Source: Leptospirales bacterium (lineage in GTDB: Bacteria; Spirochaetota; Leptospiria; Turneriellales; JAOUFE01). From it: a stretch of 53,767 bases of DNA. Position 1 is the first letter of the stretch. Each line of letters starts with the position of its first letter. Positions 42,846 to 52,480 of the stretch are shown here, one piece after another. The notes below the pieces were generated by a model, which saw only the letters and a list, made by a program, of their open reading frames with translations, did not search any database and had not been told where the DNA came from. Location of the stretch: the NCBI GenBank assembly GCA_040326155.1, contig JBEQLE010000006.1, positions 36,569 through 90,335 of the forward strand, written 5' to 3'. The position numbers were made by a program, and so were the translations under genes.

Positions 42846-44579
42846 TTATAACATGGCTCTATTTAATTCCTGGAGAAAAGCAGGAAGCTGTTTGTTCTCA
42901 ATTCGTAAATCTTCCACATATTCAGTGAATTCTTGCTCGTTTCCGTTTTTTTGGGCCAGAGATTTTCCCTTCGAGAGGTATTTAGTGGCTAATTGATACT
43001 GGCCTCGCCCTCGTAGACGAATGTGGTACTCAGCCTGTTTTTTGTAAAGCTCCATCACCTGTTCGGGGAAAACTTTTTGTGCGGCCTCTACGACTTGTGA
43101 TGTTATATCGTTCCAGAAATATGCATAGCTTGTTTTAAATAGATCCCAGGCGTTTTCAATGTCGCCTTTTGCCAGATAAATGAGCACTGGCAGGTCACTG
43201 TTTTTTTCTATTACGGCCCGCTCTATTAAATCACTTTCTATTTGTTCTTTTTTGGGGTGAGCCTCTATTAAAGAAATAATTACTTCATACTGCTTAAAGG
43301 TCGGTTGAACATCGTATAGTTCCAAAGCGATTGTTAAAGCGGAATCTTTCTGGTTGTGTGAAATATAATACTCTTGCAGCCAAAGAATGGGACGCCCATC
43401 TTCAAGCGCATCGGGGCGCGCCAGAATTACCTCTTCTATTATTTGCATTTGATTGTTTTGAACAAAAACTTCGGCTAGTTCGACCAACTTATAAGGGTGA
43501 ACTTTCATTGCCAATTCCCTTGCTTCAACAGGTTTTTCCAGTTCCAGCAGTTTCGTCGCAAGTTCCGCAGTTAAGCCGGTGTCCTCGCATATCTTTATAT
43601 ATAAATTGTCATCGATAATATCACCCTGTAATACGAGATAAAATCTACCCAGGCATTCTAAATAATATATACGTCCTTGATATTTCAATGTTTCAATTTT
43701 CTTATAAACATTACCACCCAAAGATTTTTGTTCAGCGACTGTGCAATGTTGCACAAGGATGGGCTCTACATAATCACTGATTCCTATTCCACCATATTCA
43801 TAATCAAATTCAATGATAGATAATAGATGCTTGATAATATTCTTTCTCAGTGTTTTCCCATCTTTTTCTCTCGCATTTTTTAAACAAATACCCAAAGCGT
43901 CAATGCACCCATCGAGGGTATTTCGCAAGTAACCACCCTCATCACTGTAATTATTAAAAGAGTTCATTAACTTGTTTGATAAATAACTTGCAATTTTAAA
44001 CGTATTTTCATAGTCTTTGCTTTTCATAACCTGATGAAGGGTCAGCATAACATTTATTATATTATCACTTACTTCACGCTCAGAAACCCATCTTTTTCCA
44101 TAAGTGTTAAAAGCCCTGTTAATTTGTTTTTTTATTGCTTGAATATCAACGACGCCTGTAAATGCTTTAACCAATTCCTTTGTACTCTCGGAGTCATTTG
44201 CCATTCTCTGGATAAAATCGATTAACTCTTCTTTACTTTTGCTCTGTAAATCAGAAGCTAAGTTCAACTGACTTCCAAAATCCTGCGATTCATTTAGCCA
44301 GGACAATAGCAAGGCAGCGATATGTTTGCAATCACCGTCATAACCCACCGGACAAGAACATTTCGATACAGCGATACCGGTTTCATTCATCTCTATCCAT
44401 AATTCATATGAATCTTCATAAGAGCCCTCGCATTTGGCTTCAATTCTGTTTTTAATAATGGAACAATCGTAGATTGCATTGTTTCTAAAGTAAGTTTTAC
44501 CTCTTGAATAACTTTTATCGCCACACCAGCCTCGAATGTAATTCTCGCTCAACTCTTCTTTAATTTTTTTCATATCCAT
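42846..44579 (-). CDS. SWIM zinc finger protein with helical C-terminal region
   Basis: RGKTYF, CSCPVGYDGDCKH. Confidence 0.88.
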   Translation of the reverse strand: MDMKKIKEELSENYIRGWCGDKSYSRGKTYFRNNAIYDCSIIKNRIEAKCEGSYEDSYELWIEMNETGIAVSKCSCPVGYDGDCKHIAALLLSWLNESQDFGSQLNLASDLQSKSKEELIDFIQRMANDSESTKELVKAFTGVVDIQAIKKQINRAFNTYGKRWVSEREVSDNIINVMLTLHQVMKSKDYENTFKIASYLSNKLMNSFNNYSDEGGYLRNTLDGCIDALGICLKNAREKDGKTLRKNIIKHLLSIIEFDYEYGGIGISDYVEPILVQHCTVAEQKSLGGNVYKKIETLKYQGRIYYLECLGRFYLVLQGDIIDDNLYIKICEDTGLTAELATKLLELEKPVEARELAMKVHPYKLVELAEVFVQNNQMQIIEEVILARPDALEDGRPILWLQEYYISHNQKDSALTIALELYDVQPTFKQYEVIISLIEAHPKKEQIESDLIERAVIEKNSDLPVLIYLAKGDIENAWDLFKTSYAYFWNDITSQVVEAAQKVFPEQVMELYKKQAEYHIRLRGRGQYQLATKYLSKGKSLAQKNGNEQEFTEYVEDLRIENKQLPAFLQELNRAML

Positions 44580-44666
44580 AGATAGTTACCATTTCAAATT
44601 ATTTTTCTTCCTGAAAACACCGTTCGTTTGTGAATGTTCTGTAAACATAATGACCTGTCTCTGTTT

Positions 44667-44749
44667 CGGTTGCATTCCGCACTGCGAACACGTGGAGTGT
44701 TTTACCTTTACTCTAATATTATACACTGCGCTTCGCCAACCATATTATA
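44667..44749 (-). repeat. 83-bp dispersed 3'-end repeat, copy 4
   Basis: 23/24 identity to copy 3 at one end (CGGTTGCATTCCGCACTRCGAACA) and TCGCCAACCA at the other; overlaps the SNF2 stop codon. Confidence 0.78.
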
Positions 44750-47700
44750 TTTTCTCTGCCGATAAAAGAGTCATCATTTCGTCTTTACTTATGGAAGCTC
44801 TGTTTTTAAAACCCCCGTCGGCGAATAGTTCATTAAATAGAGCCTGTTTTCTACGTTTTAGAACAAGCACTTTTTCTTCAATGCTGTCTTTGGAATATAA
44901 GCGGTAGACCGAAACTTTTCGTTTCTGGCCAATTCTGTGCGTACGATCTGTGGCCTGGTTTTCTGTCTGGGGGTTCCACCAGGGGTCGAGGTGAATAACC
45001 GTGTCAGCGCGATGAAGAGTCAGGGCGTTGCCTCCGGCTTTCAGGCTGATGAGAAATACCTGTCTCTCCCCTTTTTGGAAATCTTCGACCTGTTGTTTGC
45101 GTTTTTTTTGCAGAGTGGAACCGTCCAGATAAAAGTACTCGACACTCATACTTTTTAACAGTTCGCCGGCAAGTTTTAAAATGTCGGTAAACTGACTGAA
45201 AATAAGGATACCCGAGGCCGAGCTGATTAGCTCTGGAATTACAGTTTGCAGATACTGAAATTTACCCGAACCACCAATTTCCACTTTTTTACCGCTTCCC
45301 AGATCGGGGTGACATGAAATTCGTCTTAATCTCATAAGATAAGGAAGTATCAGGAATATATATTTGCTGCCCGCATTTGCTAAAGCTTCAACGGCTTCTA
45401 GTCGGACCTTCTCGTGTACCCGTTTTTGCCTGTCTGTCATGAGCACCGGAACATCAGATTCGATTTTCGGGGGAAGTTGTTTTAATACCTGCTCTTTATG
45501 CCGCCTTAAAAGAAAAGGGTTCATTCGGGCTTTTAGTCGTATGGAATCTTCTTTGGTGAACGATTCGTCATCATAGGTTTTTACAAAACTTTTTCGCGTT
45601 CCTAAAAGACCTGGAACACAAAGATCCATCAGCGACCATAAGTCGGCTAATCGGTTTTCCAGGGGTGTGCCGGTGAGGCAAAATATGCGCGTTGTATTTA
45701 TGGTGCGCATAGCTAAAGAGGACAACGTTGTATGGTTTTTAATCGCCTGCGCTTCGTCGAGAATGGCCATTGAAAATTGGTCGCTTTCGAAATCTTTGTA
45801 ATCTTTATTTAATGTTGCATAGGTTGTTATAAGTATCTGTTTTTTTAAGGCAACTTTTTTATCTCGATCTGCACCGTGCCAACGATACATCGTTATTTTC
45901 GGAAAAAACTTTTGGACTTCATCTTCCCAGACGGACAAAGCCGATAACGGCGTAACTAGTAAAACGGGCTGTAATTTTGGATAATCTTCAAAAACCTGGT
46001 TTAGAAAGGCCAGCGTCTGCATGGTTTTCCCCAGTCCCATATCGTCGGCTAAAATTCCACCGATCTGGTATTCGAACAATTTCCGAAAAAAGGCAACACC
46101 GGTTTTCTGGTAGGAGCGAAGTTTGCCGTTAAAGTTTTTACCGGGTTTATTGTAAGAGACATCGGGAAGTTCTGTCATCTTTTTTATCCGCTCGATCGCC
46201 TCGGATGATTTTTTGTCGGTGTGAAAATCCAGCTCTTCATTTAGAGCGTACAAGTTGCCCGTTGAGATCCCTTCTACGCTGCCGTCTTGTCTCATTTTTA
46301 AACCCAGGTTTTCTATCTGTTTTAAAATTTTCGTTAAACCGATATCTTCCGGATTCAGCCATTGGCCATTGTCGAGTTGAACCAATTCTTGTTTTTGCTT
46401 TACGGCTTTAATTAGAGCCACCCTCTCTTTGTCTGAAATTCCATCAATTTTAGCTTTGGCTTCAAACCAGCCGATATTGGAGGGTGAACCAATCTGCAAC
46501 GTTGCCCGATATGTCTTATTGAATAAAGTTGACAGGTCTTTGTGTACACGAACGGTTACATTCCACTTATAAAGCTCTGGCAGTTTCTCTTGCGTAAAAG
46601 AGCGTAATCTTTTCACGGAAAGACGCACTTTACCGGTTGATTTTTTATAGACAAGTGGAAAATTAAAAGGTAACAACTCTTTTTCTTTTTCAGAATTCCT
46701 ATGTACGATGACTTTTTTATCATTATGCAATATTTCGTGGTAACCTGATCCGGGTTTTAAGGCAGGAGCAAAAAAGACAAGGTCAGGCTGTTTATCTGGC
46801 GCATTCGCATTTTCAATTATATGATCTATCATTTCTGTGTATTCTGCATAGAATTCTACATCGTATTCTGTGTTTTCTTTACTGCCAGCTACAGTATCTG
46901 CATCACCCTCGAGCTCATCACCTTCATTGTATTTTTTGGGGTCTGTTATGAAGTTTTGCATTTCGGTTTCATTGCCTGCGTAAACCAGGTTTAAACAAGC
47001 GGAAAGTTGCAACTGTGGTTCAGTGTCTTGGTCAGAACCAGGTTTGGATTCTTGTTTTTGTTGTTTCGCTTTCGGAGCTTCGTTCAAGTCAACTTCGGCA
47101 TATTGTGGAGATATAAATAAAACGAGTCTGGGACCGGTTTGCCATAGTTCAGGAATAAGCTCAACGTTTTGAATTCCATTTTCACTTAACAATTCCTTAT
47201 TCTCTGTAACAAAATCATGAGTTAAAGAATCAAAGACAAATTTTTTCAAAGCTGCCGGTTTTGGGGGAATGTTGACAAGGTAGTACTTAGTTAAGGTTTC
47301 ATCTCGTGTGGGGTATTTTGCAGGGTTTATGACTGTGTCATCATCTGAAAAATGTACGGTTTTTAAATACTGCATTACATTTTCCATATCCTGAGTTATT
47401 TTCAAATCGAAAGTGTGGAAAAAAGGGGCCTCTTGCTCCGGAATATATGTTATATTGTCTGAACCTGTTTTTTCAGGATTTTCCACCGAAAGAGCTATAT
47501 TATATGTAAACCGAGACCCGGGTTGCAGCGTCCGGTTTGCCCCAATTTTGCCCGCAAATTGAACTAACCTTCCATCGTACAGGTAATATTTTATCTGTTT
47601 TAGAAGATGCAAATTCGCTTCAGGCTCAGAGATTATTTCTAATAAAACGTTGATATCATAAGAAGAATCGAACTTTCTTTTTTTTGCTGGAAAATTAGAC

Positions 47701-48173
47701 AATATAGACTTGTACTTTTCTTTTATTTGCGGAAAATCGGAATCTTTTTTTATGTAAGTGAAGCCCTGGTTACCCACCATTAGAAGATAAACATATTTCA
47801 TCTTAAAATTAAATTGAAATGCAAGGTCCGAAAGTTCCAGCTCTAAGTTCTTGTTTTCTATGGCCGGTATTTCAAGTTGTATTTTCTGTTCGCCATCTTG
47901 CATGTGGAATATTACAGCGCAAATATGGTAACATGTATTGGTTTCATAACAGGTGCATGTGTATTTTTGCCTGTTAAAATTCAGACTCACCCGATAATTT
48001 TGTTTGTCGTGAACAACACCGGTAATAACATTTTCGTTATTTCGAATTCGATCGACTTTTCCCTGGTCCGCCAGATCTTTACCCTGTTTTTGCCACGTTG
48101 CATCAACCGAGTCTATAATCTGCTGAAGTTCTTTGGAAATACTTGACATGGTTTCAACTATTAATTTTTGCAC
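44745..48173 (-). CDS. SWIM-SNF2 family ATPase (start possibly 48149)
   Basis: CTC..CYH SWIM; LADDMGLGKT, DEAQ, TGTPLEN, SLKAGG, QATDRTHRIGQ. Confidence 0.93.
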   Translation of the reverse strand: MQKLIVETMSSISKELQQIIDSVDATWQKQGKDLADQGKVDRIRNNENVITGVVHDKQNYRVSLNFNRQKYTCTCYETNTCYHICAVIFHMQDGEQKIQLEIPAIENKNLELELSDLAFQFNFKMKYVYLLMVGNQGFTYIKKDSDFPQIKEKYKSILSNFPAKKRKFDSSYDINVLLEIISEPEANLHLLKQIKYYLYDGRLVQFAGKIGANRTLQPGSRFTYNIALSVENPEKTGSDNITYIPEQEAPFFHTFDLKITQDMENVMQYLKTVHFSDDDTVINPAKYPTRDETLTKYYLVNIPPKPAALKKFVFDSLTHDFVTENKELLSENGIQNVELIPELWQTGPRLVLFISPQYAEVDLNEAPKAKQQKQESKPGSDQDTEPQLQLSACLNLVYAGNETEMQNFITDPKKYNEGDELEGDADTVAGSKENTEYDVEFYAEYTEMIDHIIENANAPDKQPDLVFFAPALKPGSGYHEILHNDKKVIVHRNSEKEKELLPFNFPLVYKKSTGKVRLSVKRLRSFTQEKLPELYKWNVTVRVHKDLSTLFNKTYRATLQIGSPSNIGWFEAKAKIDGISDKERVALIKAVKQKQELVQLDNGQWLNPEDIGLTKILKQIENLGLKMRQDGSVEGISTGNLYALNEELDFHTDKKSSEAIERIKKMTELPDVSYNKPGKNFNGKLRSYQKTGVAFFRKLFEYQIGGILADDMGLGKTMQTLAFLNQVFEDYPKLQPVLLVTPLSALSVWEDEVQKFFPKITMYRWHGADRDKKVALKKQILITTYATLNKDYKDFESDQFSMAILDEAQAIKNHTTLSSLAMRTINTTRIFCLTGTPLENRLADLWSLMDLCVPGLLGTRKSFVKTYDDESFTKEDSIRLKARMNPFLLRRHKEQVLKQLPPKIESDVPVLMTDRQKRVHEKVRLEAVEALANAGSKYIFLILPYLMRLRRISCHPDLGSGKKVEIGGSGKFQYLQTVIPELISSASGILIFSQFTDILKLAGELLKSMSVEYFYLDGSTLQKKRKQQVEDFQKGERQVFLISLKAGGNALTLHRADTVIHLDPWWNPQTENQATDRTHRIGQKRKVSVYRLYSKDSIEEKVLVLKRRKQALFNELFADGGFKNRASISKDEMMTLLSAEKI

Positions 48174-48308
48174 TCAGGTGTAAATAAAAACTCGCTGGGA
48201 ATGCTTTTTACATATGTAATAGTAGAAAAATTGCGGATTGTTGGGGATTTCATGATGGGTAAATGCAGACCTTTTTGTGCTCTGAGTTTGAAGTGTAGTT
48301 TTTACAGA

Positions 48309-51300
48309 TTAATCCTTCGTCCAGCTATCGCTCAAAACCTCTGCTTGCTGTAATACCAGATCAATGGCTTCATCTGCCATATCCGGTGGGTATTTATATT
48401 TGCGTAAAAGTATTCTAATTGTATTTCGGATTTTCGCACGTACACTGTCGCGAACCTGCCAGTCTACCGTCGTGCTGTTTCGTAGTTTTTCGACCAATTC
48501 GTGTGCGATCTTTTTTAGAATTTCATCACCAAGTTCTCGTACGGCACTTTCGTTGTTGGCCAATGCGTCGTAAAAGGCTAATTCGTCCAGATTTAACCCA
48601 AGATCTTCATGACGTTTCATAGCCTCTTGAAAGTCTTTCGCCATGGCAATCATCTCTTCGATGACCTGAGCGGCTTCAATGGCTCTGTTCCGATATTTTA
48701 ATAATGTTGCTGCTAGGCGTTCACTAAAAGCTTTTTCTTGCACGACATTGGTTTTGGTTCTCGAACGAATTTCATCACGAAGTAGTTTTTCAAGCAGCTC
48801 TACCGCAAGGTTTCTGCTTTTCATATTCCGCACATCATCCATAAAATCGGGATCAAGCAAGCCGATGTTTGGTCTATCCAACCCGGCCAATTTGAAAATA
48901 TCTTCTATGCCCTCTGCAATGACTGCATTATCGATGATTTGTTTTAACGCTGAGTTCTTTTCTTCTTCTGTTCGTTTTTTATCTACCGTAGTGTGTTTTG
49001 TTATAGCTACCTTTATGGCATTAAAAAAAGCAATCTCTTTTGTAAGCTCTTTTGCCGCATCGAGAGTTCCACACAGGGCAAAGGCTGATTGTATATTACT
49101 CATCGCATCGAGAAATTCTTTTTTTCGATCTTTCTTATGATCAATATCTAAACTCAAAATATGATCTAAGGCCGGTACTAATATGCGCAGTACTTTGGTT
49201 TCATCTTTGTAATCGCTATAATCAAAAGCTGACAGCATGCCACGAACAATGTCCATTTTTTCAAGCAGAACAGAGAAGGCTTCTTCGGCAAAGTTCGTCG
49301 GGCGACCTTTACCTTGAGATTCCGTATAGGTTTTAAGAGCTGCTTTAAGTTCGTTTGCGATGCCGATATAATCAACAACTAGCCCACCGGGTTTATTTTT
49401 AAACACACGGTTCACACGGGCAATGGCCTGCATTAAATTATGCCCCTTCATGGGTTTATCAATGTACATTGTATTTACACACGGTGCGTCAAAACCTGTC
49501 AGCCACATGTCGCGAACGATCACAAGTCTAAGTGGGTCTGTCGGATTTTTAAATCTTTTCTCTAAGTTTTTCTTTTGCAGTTTCGCATAGATATGAGGTT
49601 GAAAATGTTTTTTATCCGAAGCGCTACCAGTCATTACAATTCGAATGGCGCCATCGGCGCTATCATAATAACCTGCATCCCCTTGCTCTTTTTTATGCAA
49701 AGTGCCTTTCCACTCGGGTTTGATTTCAGTGATGGCATCAAAAAGTTGCACACAAATTTCACGGCTCATGCAAACAATCATGCCCTTACTTTCGGATGCC
49801 GCACTTCTGGCTTCAAAGTGATCGACAAGGTCGGCGGCTACTTGTTGTATACGCGCTTGGGAGCCGACGAGTTTTTCGAGTGCCGTCCACTTTCCCTTGG
49901 TTTGCTCCCGAACACCAACATCTTCTTCATCTTCCATGACTTCGTCGACTTCTGCATTGAGTTTTTCAATCTCACCAGATTTAATATCGAGTTTTGCCAA
50001 ACGGCTTTCGTAGTATATGGGTACAGTGGCTCCATCTTCCACAGCGTCTTCGATATCATAAATACTGACGTAACCACCAAACACCGCCTGGGTGTCTCTG
50101 TCATCAGAGGAAATTGGCGTGCCGGTAAAACCAATAAAGGTGGCCGTGGGCAGGGCATCGCGAAGATGTTTAGAATATCCATATTTATAGACGCCTGTTT
50201 TAGTGTCGAGTTTAGCATCATGGCCATAATGACTGCGATGAGCCTCATCAGAAATAACCACTATATTGGAACGAATGTTTAGAGCAGGATGTTTCTCTTC
50301 GTCGTTGAGTAGGGCAAATTTTTGAACGGTGGTAAAAATAATTCCCCCCGACTGACGATCGGAAAGTTCTTTTCGCAGCTCTTCACGGCCATTCGCTTGA
50401 ATCGGTGTTTGTTTGAGCAGCTCTTTCGCGGCAGTAAACGTTTGAAAAAGTTGCCCATCAAGGTCATTGCGATCGGTCACCACAACAATGGTCGGATTGT
50501 TCATTTCTGGCTGCTGCAATAACTTGCCAGCATAACACACCATAGAAATACTTTTTCCAGAACCCTGGGTATGCCAGACAACACCAGCTTTTCGTGAACC
50601 CGGCAACACTTCTTTACCATAGGTTGCACGAGGTTCTTTTACAACATTTTCTTCTAGATTTCGTTGGGAGGCAATGATCGAAACGCGCACGGCTTCACGC
50701 ACAGCGTGAAACTGATGGTAGCCAGCGATCTTCTTTATAACGTTATCACCGTCTTGTTCGAATAACACAAAATGGCGAATGTAATCGAGCAATAGTTCGC
50801 GATCAAAAAAACCTCGTACGACTTTTTCAAGCTCGAACTGCATCAAAGGTTTATCGTTTTCATCTTTCACCGAACGCCACGGCATAAACCATTCTTTGTT
50901 GGCAGTTAATGAACCCACTCTGGCAAGCCAACCGTCGCTGATCACCAGTGATTCGTTAAAAACAAAAAGGTCAGGTATTTCTTCTTTATAAGTTTGCAAC
51001 TGATTATAAGCATCGCCAATATCGATACCTTCGTTGGCAGGGTTTTTAAGTTCTATTACAGAAATGGGCATTCCATTTATAAACACTACAATGTCGGGCC
51101 GACGTAGACGTTTTGTTCCGGTAACGGTGAACTGGTTCACCGCCAGAAACTGGTTGTTGTCAGGATTATGAAAGTCAATAAATTGAACATGGTCTGATTT
51201 CTTTTCATCATTTTTATCTGTGTATTCAACCTTGATACCATTTAGCAAATACCGCTGAAACTGCCGGTTGTTGTGAATCAATGTTGGGCTTTCGGGTTTA

Positions 51301-51521
51301 CCTAAAACATGAACCACTTGTTCTTCTAAGGCTGAAACAGGGATATGTGGATTAATGCGTTGCAAGGCTTCGAGTAATCTACCGGTCAAAAGTATTTGTT
51401 TGTAGTCTTCACGTTCAGGGGTTTCGCCATCAGGAGCGATGTCACGACCATGGCAAACATCATAATTACATTCACGAAACCATGACAGGCAGAGTTTTTC
51501 GAGTTGGTCTTCGGTGATCAT
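48309..51521 (-). CDS. hsdR: Type I restriction endonuclease subunit R
   Basis: RPDIVVF..IELK nuclease motif, WHTQGSGKS, DEAHR, FTGTP, QAIARVNR. Confidence 0.96.
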   Translation of the reverse strand: MITEDQLEKLCLSWFRECNYDVCHGRDIAPDGETPEREDYKQILLTGRLLEALQRINPHIPVSALEEQVVHVLGKPESPTLIHNNRQFQRYLLNGIKVEYTDKNDEKKSDHVQFIDFHNPDNNQFLAVNQFTVTGTKRLRRPDIVVFINGMPISVIELKNPANEGIDIGDAYNQLQTYKEEIPDLFVFNESLVISDGWLARVGSLTANKEWFMPWRSVKDENDKPLMQFELEKVVRGFFDRELLLDYIRHFVLFEQDGDNVIKKIAGYHQFHAVREAVRVSIIASQRNLEENVVKEPRATYGKEVLPGSRKAGVVWHTQGSGKSISMVCYAGKLLQQPEMNNPTIVVVTDRNDLDGQLFQTFTAAKELLKQTPIQANGREELRKELSDRQSGGIIFTTVQKFALLNDEEKHPALNIRSNIVVISDEAHRSHYGHDAKLDTKTGVYKYGYSKHLRDALPTATFIGFTGTPISSDDRDTQAVFGGYVSIYDIEDAVEDGATVPIYYESRLAKLDIKSGEIEKLNAEVDEVMEDEEDVGVREQTKGKWTALEKLVGSQARIQQVAADLVDHFEARSAASESKGMIVCMSREICVQLFDAITEIKPEWKGTLHKKEQGDAGYYDSADGAIRIVMTGSASDKKHFQPHIYAKLQKKNLEKRFKNPTDPLRLVIVRDMWLTGFDAPCVNTMYIDKPMKGHNLMQAIARVNRVFKNKPGGLVVDYIGIANELKAALKTYTESQGKGRPTNFAEEAFSVLLEKMDIVRGMLSAFDYSDYKDETKVLRILVPALDHILSLDIDHKKDRKKEFLDAMSNIQSAFALCGTLDAAKELTKEIAFFNAIKVAITKHTTVDKKRTEEEKNSALKQIIDNAVIAEGIEDIFKLAGLDRPNIGLLDPDFMDDVRNMKSRNLAVELLEKLLRDEIRSRTKTNVVQEKAFSERLAATLLKYRNRAIEAAQVIEEMIAMAKDFQEAMKRHEDLGLNLDELAFYDALANNESAVRELGDEILKKIAHELVEKLRNSTTVDWQVRDSVRAKIRNTIRILLRKYKYPPDMADEAIDLVLQQAEVLSDSWTKD

Positions 51522-52201
51522 TTTTTCCTCTTAGGCTTAAACGCATTTATGTAAGCTTGCTTGGGATGCGTTGGTGTGGTTGGAAAGGCCAGCTTTAAGC
51601 TACCATCTTTTTCCATTATTGTTAAATATTGTTTTCTCAAACTATCATTGTTTCGATTGAGAAGTTCAGAAAGTACTTGCAGGGTGATATAACGACCTTG
51701 ACAAAGATCAGCTATTATTTTTTCCATTTCAGGCTTTAAAAGCCGGGGTTTATCTTTTGCTGGTTGAGCTATAACTTGCATACTTTGAGCAATTTCTTTT
51801 GTTAATTCTGCTAGGTTGTCAACGATTCCGAACTTTAAACTACTTGAAATCAAATAGCCTTCTTTAGAACGTTCAGAATATTCATGCGTATCCTCAAATT
51901 CCTTATACCCGGAGCTCGATTCCTTATGCCCGGAGCTCGAATCCTTATGCCCGGAGCTCGTGTTTATTTCATCACCACCCATTTTGTTTTTTATTTCAAT
52001 AGGCTCCATTTGAAAAGTTTCGTTGTTTTCCCTCAGACCCAGAACTATATAACCCCCGGCAGTATTGGCAAAAGCGGAGTATGTCTCCCAAAAGGTTTTG
52101 GGCAGTTCACCCTTGCCGTCCTTACCGGCAGCGAGTTTGTATTCGAGTTCGAAGCTCTCGCGTAGGGCGACGATATCATCTATGGAAGAGATATTTAACA
52201 T
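51518..52201 (-). CDS. AlbA_2/Schlafen-domain protein, apparently internally deleted (possible pseudogene)
   Basis: ELEYK...WETYSAFANTAGGYIVLG stops after about 65 aa, followed by SSGHK repeats and a winged-HTH-like end (PTHPKQAY). Confidence 0.65.
   Translation of the reverse strand: MLNISSIDDIVALRESFELEYKLAAGKDGKGELPKTFWETYSAFANTAGGYIVLGLRENNETFQMEPIEIKNKMGGDEINTSSGHKDSSSGHKESSSGYKEFEDTHEYSERSKEGYLISSSLKFGIVDNLAELTKEIAQSMQVIAQPAKDKPRLLKPEMEKIIADLCQGRYITLQVLSELLNRNNDSLRKQYLTIMEKDGSLKLAFPTTPTHPKQAYINAFKPKRKK
51900..51960. repeat. 21-bp coding tandem repeat (about 3 copies)
   Basis: TCCTTATRCCCGGAGCTCGA-type units encoding SSGHKD/SSGHKE/SSGYKE. Confidence 0.9.
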
Positions 52202-52305
52202 GGTGTCTCGCGCATTGGTATTGCGTTGCGATCATAGGAAGAAGCATAGCCCTGATCTTGGAACCAGGTGAGGCAGAGTTGTTGGAGTTTGTCTTCGGTG
52301 ATCAT
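52195..52305 (-). pseudogene. hsdR: hsdR 5'-end remnant (36 aa)
   Basis: MITEDKLQQLCLTWFQDQGY... versus HsdR MITEDQLEKLCLSWFRECNY...; 32/35 nt identity between 52271-52305 and 51487-51521. Confidence 0.85.
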
Positions 52306-52480
52306 ATTGGTTTTCATATTTATGTTAACGACATCAATGTCGTCGACATAGAAATCTAGTTTTTATTGTCTATATTTTTGTCATTAAAATTGATTTTACT
52401 GCGATGAAAAGCGAAAAATTAAGAGGTGAAACAGTTCGTGATAGAATCCAAACTTTTAAACAAAGATCGAAATCTTGTTT

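Noticed and set aside
48261..48272. AAATGCAGACCT shared with 82-bp repeat copy 2
   Set aside because: Only 12 bp match and the other conserved blocks are missing; could be chance.
49575..50282. Long antisense ORFs (here and within icd, acs, the MCP and others)
   Set aside because: They are shadows of well-supported genes and have no recognisable motifs.
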